Part shown: positions 50,492 through 57,156 of the stretch, piece by piece | Layout: each line of letters opens with the position of its first letter | How positions within the stretch are numbered: the first letter of the stretch is position 1 | Virus record (IMG/VR): IMGVR_UViG_3300033067_000970 | Coordinates: 1 to 57,156 of that record | DNA: 57,156 bases | Source of the DNA: a virus | Taxonomy: Duplodnaviria; Caudoviricetes | Reading direction: 5' to 3' (one strand) | Notes under the pieces: generated by a model | What the model was told of the DNA's origin: nothing | Seen by the model: only the letters and a program-made list of their open reading frames with translations | The model's database searches: none | Made by a program: the position numbers and the translations under genes

Positions 50492-50859
50492 CGCCCGGCC
50501 TCCCTCGCGCGCAGGAATGCGAGGACAAGGGCGAGGCGGCGGTCGGGATGGTTCCCCGCCGAGTGCCGTCCATCGTTGTCGCCGAGGGTGTATCCGACAT
50601 AGGCCGACATGATCCCGCTTTGCCACTCCATCCCCGCCTCCTCGATCATCCGCACGATGTCGTCCAGCGAGCCGGTGGGGCGGGGCTGATACCCAAAACA
50701 GACTACGCGCCCCGCTGGATTGATCCAGTTGGAAAGGTGTTTAGGCAACCAATCGGGCGACGGCGCCCGCGTCCACCCGCACGCCAGCAACACCTCGCGG
50801 TCAAGCTCCGCGCTGCCCTCCGTCGCGGCGGACAGGCGGGAAATAAGGTCAGTGGTCAT
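50488..50859 (-). CDS. Hypothetical
   Basis: DLISRL.AATEGS.ELD N-terminus. Confidence 0.65.
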   Translation of the reverse strand: MTTDLISRLSAATEGSAELDREVLLACGWTRAPSPDWLPKHLSNWINPAGRVVCFGYQPRPTGSLDDIVRMIEEAGMEWQSGIMSAYVGYTLGDNDGRHSAGNHPDRRLALVLAFLRAREAGR

Positions 50860-50987
50860 GGGCGAAACCCTCGGATCAGCACTGCCGCCAGCGCGACGGC
50901 TCCCTGCGTGACGGTGCCGATGAGGATCGCGCAGCCGACAAACGTCCAAAAGCTGGACGTTGCGTATTGCAAAATTTCAAGGATCAT
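50856..50987 (-). CDS. Small membrane peptide
   Basis: Hydrophobic, coupled. Confidence 0.55.
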   Translation of the reverse strand: MILEILQYATSSFWTFVGCAILIGTVTQGAVALAAVLIRGFRP

Positions 50988-51202
50988 TCGCCCCTCTCCT
51001 TGATCGCCCGCGCGGCGGCGAGGCCGCGAGGTGTCAGCACCACGTAATGCCTCCCGTTGATCACCGTCACCGCATGGAGTGTCGGACGGCTCAAAATCCA
51101 ACGGATATCGCGATAGCGATACATCCGCGTCATCCGCCCCGCCTCCCAATCCTCCAGCAGCCGCAGCAGCGCAGCCCGGCGGGCATCCTCGCGCTCACTC
51201 AT
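50984..51202 (-). CDS. Hypothetical
   Basis: Coupled; LTPRG wing-like motif. Confidence 0.55.
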   Translation of the reverse strand: MSEREDARRAALLRLLEDWEAGRMTRMYRYRDIRWILSRPTLHAVTVINGRHYVVLTPRGLAAARAIKERGE

Positions 51203-51521
51203 CCCCGCCTCCCTCCGCCCCCAGCGCCTTCATCACGGCCTCCTCCACGGCGCGCATGGCGGCGGGGCGGGTGGCATATCGGCGGTTGAGCCATTCACAA
51301 GCGGCAACCCACTGAGTTGTGCCGCCGATGGTCGGGCCTACACGCCCCATTTTCACCGTCTGGTGACCACAAGGCATCAACAGATAATCCCCCCGCCACA
51401 CCAGCGGCAGCGTCACGGTGAGGCGGTCAGCCGCGCGGCAAACGTGCGTTCGGTCGCCGTAGAGAGTCGCCCCGCAGGCGCAGCGTGGCGTCTCGGTGCT
51501 GTATGTGGTGCGGTCAGCCAT
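51195..51521 (-). CDS. Hypothetical
   Basis: GGAGG RBS. Confidence 0.55.
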   Translation of the reverse strand: MADRTTYSTETPRCACGATLYGDRTHVCRAADRLTVTLPLVWRGDYLLMPCGHQTVKMGRVGPTIGGTTQWVAACEWLNRRYATRPAAMRAVEEAVMKALGAEGGGDE

Positions 51522-51951
51522 GGTCGGCCTCCGGGGCGGGCGGAAGGGGGCGCCAGTGGGTGGGGGGATCACCGGGCGTCCATTTCCCGTTGGCCGCCCA
51601 ATGCTCCACAAGCCACTCGGTAGGGCGGCACCACACAGCCATATCAAACGCAGGATGCGTGCGAAGGCCGACTTTTGAATCGCCGCCTGTCGATGGCCAG
51701 TAAGCTAAAATCCACGTACCATCCCTCGGCGCCGTCGCGATTGGCTGCCACGCCGCGCGCTCGGCGGCGAGAAGGGCGGCGCGGGCGATATCTCGAAACT
51801 CGTTCACTCGCCATAACCCTTGATGGCCTTGTGCCACCATCTCGCCCCATGATGGCCAACGGTCGGGATGCGATTGCTGTTCGACAAACACGCCATAAGC
51901 GGCGGAGGCACCCGCCTCCACCATCGCGTCCGTGATGTGGTCACTGGTCAT
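51514..51951 (-). CDS. DUF551-like protein
   Basis: WQPIATAPRDGTWIL...PTHWRPLPPAP. Confidence 0.8.
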   Translation of the reverse strand: MTSDHITDAMVEAGASAAYGVFVEQQSHPDRWPSWGEMVAQGHQGLWRVNEFRDIARAALLAAERAAWQPIATAPRDGTWILAYWPSTGGDSKVGLRTHPAFDMAVWCRPTEWLVEHWAANGKWTPGDPPTHWRPLPPAPEADHG

Positions 51952-52243
51952 TGGTGGCCTCCTTGGCGGCGAGGGAGCGGATGGCGGCAAGCGCGGCATC
52001 TAGACTGTCAGACGTTTTGATGAAGCCGGCATCGCGCAACAAAAAAACGGCGTCCTCCGCCAAATCTTTGGGGATCAGACGCGCCGCCTCCTCCAACGCC
52101 TGGCGCCGGGCCGCCGCCTCGCGCTCGGCGATCAGGGCGGCGATGGCGCGGGCCAAAGGCGCGATGCCTGTAAGGTTGGCGCGGGTAAGCGGCAGCCACG
52201 AACTGGCGATCTTCTCGATCTCCTGCGTCAGGTCCGCGCTCAT
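51941..52243 (-). CDS. Hypothetical
   Basis: ARRQALEEAA module. Confidence 0.65.
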   Translation of the reverse strand: MSADLTQEIEKIASSWLPLTRANLTGIAPLARAIAALIAEREAAARRQALEEAARLIPKDLAEDAVFLLRDAGFIKTSDSLDAALAAIRSLAAKEATNDQ

Positions 52244-52608
52244 GGCTTGTCCTCCGGGAAGGGGGCGAGGGCCACGGCAAGGGCGTCAAAATCTGACCCC
52301 ATCGTGCGTCCCTCGTGCATACCGGCGGCGTAGCTGCGACCGTGCGACCGGCTCACCATCCGCCGCGCCGCCTCCACCAGCCGCGCCACGGCTTCCGGCG
52401 AAGGTACGGGGGCGAGGTAGATGTATCCATACATCTGTCCCGCATCTTGGCCGTCCAGCCACCAATGGGTGCTACCCATCGGAGCGGCAATCCATTCCGC
52501 AATTTCAGGTTTGCAGCGATCTGGGTCTGGGTGAAGCGTATATCGCACCCAATGCCACCCATCCACGCCCCGCAGGCGCTCCGTGGGCTCGCAACGCGCG
52601 TCAGTCAT
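52240..52608 (-). CDS. Hypothetical
   Basis: AGGAGG RBS. Confidence 0.6.
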   Translation of the reverse strand: MTDARCEPTERLRGVDGWHWVRYTLHPDPDRCKPEIAEWIAAPMGSTHWWLDGQDAGQMYGYIYLAPVPSPEAVARLVEAARRMVSRSHGRSYAAGMHEGRTMGSDFDALAVALAPFPEDKP

Positions 52609-52900
52609 GGGGCGCCTCCTTCGCGCGTTCTTTGGCCCACCGGACAGCGCCAAGCGCAGTTGCGCCCGACGCTCTAGCGGCCTGCCACTCGCGGAACAGG
52701 TCGGTGGGGCCGATGTGAATCTGCATGTCGCTGCGCTTGATCAGCTTAGTCAGGCCGAGCCGCTTGAGCTTCCGGCAAGCCGCCTTCGTGTTGCCGTAGC
52801 GCCAGTGCGGCAGGTCAGGGAAAGTGAACGAGCCAGTGCGCGCGATGATCTCTTCAATCTCGCCCGCGCCCCGTGACTTGTGGCCCTTGATCTCACGCAT
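52601..52900 (-). CDS. Hypothetical
   Basis: GGAGG RBS. Confidence 0.6.
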   Translation of the reverse strand: MREIKGHKSRGAGEIEEIIARTGSFTFPDLPHWRYGNTKAACRKLKRLGLTKLIKRSDMQIHIGPTDLFREWQAARASGATALGAVRWAKERAKEAPHD

Positions 52901-53378
52901 CCGGCGCCTCCACGCTGGCCCGCACGGTCGGCACGTCGCGCACCGGCACGGGGATTTCAGCGATGCAGAGGCGGGTCCAAAATCCTGCGGCCTGCAATCG
53001 GTGCCAAACGCGGGCCTCGTCGTCGCCGACAATCTCGTAATATCGGCGTTCCCCATCATCTGGGCATTCTGCCACCGCCACCCGCACGATCCGCACGTCA
53101 GCCGCCGGGGCGGATGGCGGGGAGAGGGCGGCGCGGAATGCGGCGCGGATATCCCGCATGTTGTCGGACTCTGCGGGTGCCAACCACCCGCGCTTGCTCA
53201 GATGTTCGCGGAACCGCGTCCACTGCTCTTCGGTCAGGTCGGTCGAAAGGCGCCGCCCATCCGCCTCTGGCCACGCGGCAGAGAGGACGGAGATGGCGTC
53301 TTCGAAACCTTGCTGCCAGCCAGTATCAGCATCCTCAAACGCCTCGCGCGCCCGCGCCAGCAGGTCAGGGGGGATCAT
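52893..53378 (-). CDS. Hypothetical
   Basis: ATGA coupling. Confidence 0.6.
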   Translation of the reverse strand: MIPPDLLARAREAFEDADTGWQQGFEDAISVLSAAWPEADGRRLSTDLTEEQWTRFREHLSKRGWLAPAESDNMRDIRAAFRAALSPPSAPAADVRIVRVAVAECPDDGERRYYEIVGDDEARVWHRLQAAGFWTRLCIAEIPVPVRDVPTVRASVEAPDA

Positions 53379-53638
53379 GGGGCGGGGTCCTCTTCGTCTT
53401 TGGCCAACTGCGCCGATGCGGAATTGCAAGGGGCGTAACAAACATTCCCCTGCGTGATGTGCTCCAAGAAACTCCATTCCTCGACGTAAACGTCAGAAAT
53501 GCCTTCGGGCTGATCGTCGCGAGGGTTGACTTCGCATTCGACGCCATACGCAGCTTCTATGGCTTCCGCCTTATTTTCTGCTTCGACGGTTATCGTGACA
53601 TAGCCAGCGAAGGGCATCGTGACGTAGAACTTGCTCAT
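53375..53638 (-). CDS. Small acidic protein
   Basis: VEAENKAEA motif; GGAGG RBS. Confidence 0.7.
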   Translation of the reverse strand: MSKFYVTMPFAGYVTITVEAENKAEAIEAAYGVECEVNPRDDQPEGISDVYVEEWSFLEHITQGNVCYAPCNSASAQLAKDEEDPAP

Positions 53639-54045
53639 GCCGCGCCTCCCTTCTCGGCGAGGCGGTCGAGGGCGGCGGAGAGGCGCCGACCAGCCGCGAG
53701 CACGCTGCCGTTGCTATCGCCTGAGTTGAGCATGTCTTCCAGCGCCTCCCGCGCCTCCCGCAGCGGGTCGGGCGGGGCGAGGGTGGCGGCGTAGGCGTCG
53801 ATAGCGACGAGATCGGCAGACTGCCACCCGTTAGGGCAGCCCGCGCGACGCCACCGCACCGCCGCCTCCAGCACCGCCCGCGCCTGGGGGCTCAGGGCGT
53901 CGGGGAGGGCGGGGACGGGATGGCCGAGGACGCGAAGAGCGTCAAACGTATGGCCGTCTGCCGCCGCTATCGGAATCCAGCCCGGTATTTTTCGCCCTTC
54001 CGGCGGCTTCTCAATCGGCAGATAGACGATCTCGGGCTTGGTCAT
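53635..54045 (-). CDS. Hypothetical
   Basis: ATGA coupling. Confidence 0.6.
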   Translation of the reverse strand: MTKPEIVYLPIEKPPEGRKIPGWIPIAAADGHTFDALRVLGHPVPALPDALSPQARAVLEAAVRWRRAGCPNGWQSADLVAIDAYAATLAPPDPLREAREALEDMLNSGDSNGSVLAAGRRLSAALDRLAEKGGAA

Positions 54046-54254
54046 GGCGTGACTCCGAACATCGAAGGGGACAGGAACAGGGCGACGGCGCCGCCGGCAC
54101 AGCACGCAGCCTTGACGAACCGACCGAGCGTGGTGTTTCCGGCTACGTGGTCGACCTCCTTGCACGCGACGATCACGTATCCGAACGACAGACATCCGCT
54201 CAACACCCCGAACGGATAGCAGATCGCCGCGGCGGCGATGTAGGACCAGGTCAT
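54042..54254 (-). CDS. Small membrane protein
   Basis: AAGGAG RBS; hydrophobic. Confidence 0.65.
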   Translation of the reverse strand: MTWSYIAAAAICYPFGVLSGCLSFGYVIVACKEVDHVAGNTTLGRFVKAACCAGGAVALFLSPSMFGVTP

Positions 54255-54271
54255 GCGTTTTCTCCTTTTTA

Positions 54272-54311
54272 TGCGAATTGATTAGCAGTCTTGGCGCGTT
54301 GCGTCAAGCGG
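54272..54311 (-). promoter_or_regulatory. Sigma70-type early promoter, copy 2
   Basis: CCGCTTGACG...AGACTGCTAATCAATTCGCA. Confidence 0.75.
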
Positions 54312-54340
54312 TCATGCCGAAAACGGTCAACGTAAGCGAG

Positions 54341-54381
54341 AAAAGAAAGCCCGGCGCCAGCATTGGGGGCAAGCGCCGGGC
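54341..54381 (-). terminator. Rho-independent terminator
   Basis: GCCCGGCGC...GCGCCGGGC followed by TTTCTTTT. Confidence 0.85.
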
Positions 54382-54438
54382 GAGTTTGAAGGGAGGAAAC
54401 GTCCAAGAAGCGGCCGGGCGCGTCACACCGCGGCTGCG
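54341..54438 (-). ncRNA. alpha-r8 / MmgR (SuhB)-like small RNA
   Basis: Own promoter TTGACA-N18-TAGTGT, core CTTGGACGTTTCCTCCCT, intrinsic terminator. Confidence 0.75.
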
Positions 54439-54470
54439 TCTCGAACACTACGGCGAGGATTGACGACATG

Positions 54471-54698
54471 TCAAGCACCCGCTCGGCCGTCCGCCAAACC
54501 TTCCTCGTAGGAGCGCGATTGCACCCCGTCGATTACGGCTTCAACCGCCGCGTCTACGCGCCGGCTTATCTCATGTTCTGCCATCGTGGCGTCATTGCGC
54601 GCCGTCTGGAGGCGTTCGACCAGGTCGCGGGCCTCGTCGCACGGCAGCCCGTCGCGGGCCTTGAGCCAGAGGGTCAGCAGGTCATTGTCGAGTTCCAT
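54471..54698 (-). CDS. Hypothetical
   Basis: ATG 54698; YEEG..DG motif. Confidence 0.6.
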   Translation of the reverse strand: MELDNDLLTLWLKARDGLPCDEARDLVERLQTARNDATMAEHEISRRVDAAVEAVIDGVQSRSYEEGLADGRAGA

Positions 54699-54699
54699 G

Positions 54700-54843
54700 T
54701 CAGCGGCTTCTCGGGTAGCGGTTGAACAGGTAGACAGCGAAGGCGAAGCACGCGACGCCCGCGGCGGCGACAGCGGCGCCGTGGAGCGTGTCACCCTCGG
54801 CGATCGCCGAGACGCCCAGGAGGACGTCCAGCAGCGCCAGCAT
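54700..54843 (-). CDS. Small membrane peptide
   Basis: MLALLDVLLG...VYLFNRYPRSR fills the gap. Confidence 0.45.
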   Translation of the reverse strand: MLALLDVLLGVSAIAEGDTLHGAAVAAAGVACFAFAVYLFNRYPRSR

Positions 54844-54875
54844 GGCCGACGTCGCGGCGAGGGCGCGGGGCGTGT

Positions 54876-55340
54876 TCACGTCTTGTCCTCCAGCACGGCC
54901 AGCAGCGCGGCCTTGTCCTCGCCGCCGTGGGCCTCGATCAAGGCGCGGAGCCGGTCGGCGGGGCTCGGCGGCGGGCGTGTCCGCGCGTAGGCGCGAAGGG
55001 CGGCGACCACGCGGCGGTATTCGTCCGGGTAACTAGAGTTGTCCTCGGGGTCGGTGCCGTAGTGCGCTAACACCGCCTCCGCCAACTCCAGCGCCGCCGT
55101 TGTGCGCGGGTCGGGGGCGGGTGTCTCGGCGAGGGGGCGCACGCAGGTTGTCTTTATCAGCCAGCCTTCGCCGAGGGGCGCCGGGGCCATGAGCGCAGGG
55201 TCGTCCATGCGGACTTCGACGTAATCACCGGACACCCCGGTAATAGCGCCGGGGCCTGGTCCCCTGATATATGTCCACCCGTCGTTCGGGTCGGGCGCGA
55301 ACACCTCGACGCGGTCGCCGATCTTGTATGTGTTGCTCAT
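54876..55340 (-). CDS. Hypothetical with SH3/KOW-like N-terminus
   Basis: YKIGDRVEV...G.ITGV....VEVRMD. Confidence 0.65.
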   Translation of the reverse strand: MSNTYKIGDRVEVFAPDPNDGWTYIRGPGPGAITGVSGDYVEVRMDDPALMAPAPLGEGWLIKTTCVRPLAETPAPDPRTTAALELAEAVLAHYGTDPEDNSSYPDEYRRVVAALRAYARTRPPPSPADRLRALIEAHGGEDKAALLAVLEDKT

Positions 55341-55645
55341 GTCCGGCCCTCCGCCTTGGCGATGGCTTCGCGGATGGCCGTCTGAAGCCCGTCCGGCAGC
55401 GTCGCCATGTGCTCGCTGTAGACGTCCCGCAGGGATTGAAGAACCGCCAGTAGGTCAGGCGCGGCGTTCCGAACACGTTCCAGCGCGTCCGCACCTCCGC
55501 GAGCAAGTCGAGTCGGGTCGAGTATGTCTAGGGCTTCACGCAAACCGCAACGTGTGCGGGCGCGCAAGGCGCGGACAGCCAGGGGTCCTTTTCCCGCGTT
55601 CCACAGCGCCGTCTCCTCGGCGGTCGGCTTGATGTCTTCGCTCAC
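55337..55645 (-). CDS. Protein with bL12-CTD-like motif
   Basis: AVRALRARTRCGLREALDIL; NAAPDLL...AIAKAEG module. Confidence 0.55.
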   Translation of the reverse strand: MSEDIKPTAEETALWNAGKGPLAVRALRARTRCGLREALDILDPTRLARGGADALERVRNAAPDLLAVLQSLRDVYSEHMATLPDGLQTAIREAIAKAEGRT

Positions 55646-55832
55646 AGTGTGGCCTCCTTCTCCATGATGCAGGTCCCGCACCACTCGCCGCGGAGCAGCT
55701 TCCCGCGCGTCGTGCGTAGTCGGTAGAGGGGCGCCCAGCCGCCGGAGCAGCCCGAGCACAAGTCGTCATCGAAGCGCGTCCGAGGCGGCGCGATCTCACG
55801 CGTGACGCGGCGGCGACGGGAGCGGCGGGCGA

Positions 55833-56096
55833 TCACGGCGCCATCCTCCGCGTCAGGCCGAACCCGACGAAGACGACGTTCGAGTCGGGGTTGCGCGCCT
55901 CGGCCTGGGCGGCGGCGTCTTCCTCCTGGGCGATTTGGACGATGCCATCGAGGCGATACAGCGCGCGGGCGTGGTCGATCTCCAGGCGTTCGACGCGGTC
56001 GGCGATGTCGACGAGGTCGAGCGCCGCGGCGGCGCAAGCCGGGTCGCGCGCCATGGCGCGCAGCCGGGCGGAGAGGGGCGGGGTGAAGTCGGTCAT
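55833..56096 (-). CDS. Hypothetical
   Basis: GGAGG RBS; SNVVF motif. Confidence 0.65.
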   Translation of the reverse strand: MTDFTPPLSARLRAMARDPACAAAALDLVDIADRVERLEIDHARALYRLDGIVQIAQEEDAAAQAEARNPDSNVVFVGFGLTRRMAP

Positions 56097-56194
56097 GGGT
56101 CAACCTCCGATGATGGCGACGAGGGCCGTGACGAGCACGGCGAGGGCGATGGCGACGAGCACGATGGCGGCGGCCAGGTTGTCGTCCATGGCGC

Positions 56195-56668
56195 CTAGAC
56201 CTCGAAGCGGGCGACGGTGACGGCGTCCGGCAAGACGCCCGTCACGACGCGCCAGCAGGCGCCAGACGGCGATGTGGCAAGCACGACGTCGCCGGGGTGG
56301 AACATGCCCGCCGCAGCGTTGAAGTAGCCCGGCGCGTCGACGATCCGCGGCGTGATGGGGCGATGGATGGCGTAAATCCAGACCGTCCGGCCAAGCGCCA
56401 AGGCCGCCGTGGACAGGTCCGCCGGCTTGAACGCCGGGGCGTCGCGGGGCAGGTCGGTCGGGGCGGTGGTCATTTCCAGCGTGGTCATGCCGAGCGCGCG
56501 GGCGATCGCGGCCAGCTTGTGCTCGGGGGGCTTGATCCCGCGGTTTTCGTACTGCGCGATAGCCGAGCGGGTCACGCCGGAACGCGCGGCCAGGTCGGAC
56601 TGCGACAGGCCGAGGGCGTGACGGTGGGCGGCGATGTTGTAGGGGTCGGCGGGGGTCGGGCGGGTCAT
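56195..56668 (-). CDS. XRE-family HTH protein
   Basis: R.ALGLSQSDLAARSGVTRSAIAQYE. Confidence 0.85.
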   Translation of the reverse strand: MTRPTPADPYNIAAHRHALGLSQSDLAARSGVTRSAIAQYENRGIKPPEHKLAAIARALGMTTLEMTTAPTDLPRDAPAFKPADLSTAALALGRTVWIYAIHRPITPRIVDAPGYFNAAAGMFHPGDVVLATSPSGACWRVVTGVLPDAVTVARFEV

Positions 56669-56671
56669 GGG

Positions 56672-57156
56672 TCAGGACTCCGGGATAAGATTGCGGATGC
56701 GCGCCATGCGCTCGATGTAGTCGAGCATGGCGAAAGTCTCCTCGCCGAGCGGCGTTCCGCCGCGCGTGTGTCGCCAGTGGTCGCGCGCCTCGGCAATGGT
56801 GAAGTCGCGGCAACCGGCGCGGATCATCAGCGCGCCATCTTTGACCCATCCAACGAACCGATAACCATCCGAACGCGCGCCCGCGTCGACAACGCCGCCG
56901 GCGCCGTCGAGGCTGGCGCGGACGAGGCTGGCGCCGTCGAGGCGGGCGCCGTCGAGGCGGGCGCCGTCGAGGCGGGCGCCGTCGAGGCGGGCGCCGTCGA
57001 GGCTGGCGCGGACGAGGCTGGCGCCGTCGAGGCGGGCGCCGTCGAGGCGGGCGCCGTCGAGGCGGGCGCCGTCGAGGCGGGCGCCGTCGAGGCTGGCGCG
57101 GACGAGGCTGGCGCCGTCGAGGCGGGCGCCGTCGAGGCGGGCGCCGTCGAGGCGGG
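56672..57156 (-). CDS. Pentapeptide-repeat protein, 3' part with C-terminal globular domain
   Basis: [10 protein letters not shown] repeats then RSDGYRF...IRAGCRDFT..EA..HW; stop at 56672. Confidence 0.9.
   Translation of the reverse strand, partial: RLDGARLDGARLDGASLVRASLDGARLDGARLDGARLDGARLDGASLVRASLDGARLDGARLDGARLDGARLDGASLVRASLDGAGGVVDAGARSDGYRFVGWVKDGALMIRAGCRDFTIAEARDHWRHTRGGTPLGEETFAMLDYIERMARIRNLIPES
56900..57156. repeat. 15-bp tandem repeat, same unit as the window start
   Basis: Directly visible. Confidence 0.97.

Overview
The window looks like an essentially complete, GC-rich, podovirus-like dsDNA phage genome. Its two ends join in frame inside a pentapeptide-repeat gene. A GcrA homolog and an alpha-r8/MmgR(SuhB)-like sRNA point to an alphaproteobacterial host. 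Layout: leftward small early genes (49.3-57.2 kb, continuing through 1-3.1 kb); an AT-rich spacer; a rightward packaging/head/tail/ejection/fibre/lysis operon (3.9-36.1 kb); a tRNA-Gln; and a divergent replication region (prim-pol and PAPS-reductase-like leftward; DUF2800, SSB, PolA, MTases, GcrA, VRR-NUC and SNF2 helicase rightward). I recognised no integrase. Most notable: (1) two DNA methyltransferases and a PAPS-reductase-like enzyme each carry a terminal 15-residue heptad motif matching the N-terminus of the first replication-operon protein, a candidate docking tag; (2) the family A DNA polymerase is split into two same-frame genes by an intact methyltransferase; (3) an acyltransferase/hydrolase/double-glycosyltransferase cassette sits among the capsid genes, in a genome with Thr-rich collagen fibres; (4) a phage-borne anti-Shine-Dalgarno sRNA. 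All family calls come from motif recognition by eye, not database searches.
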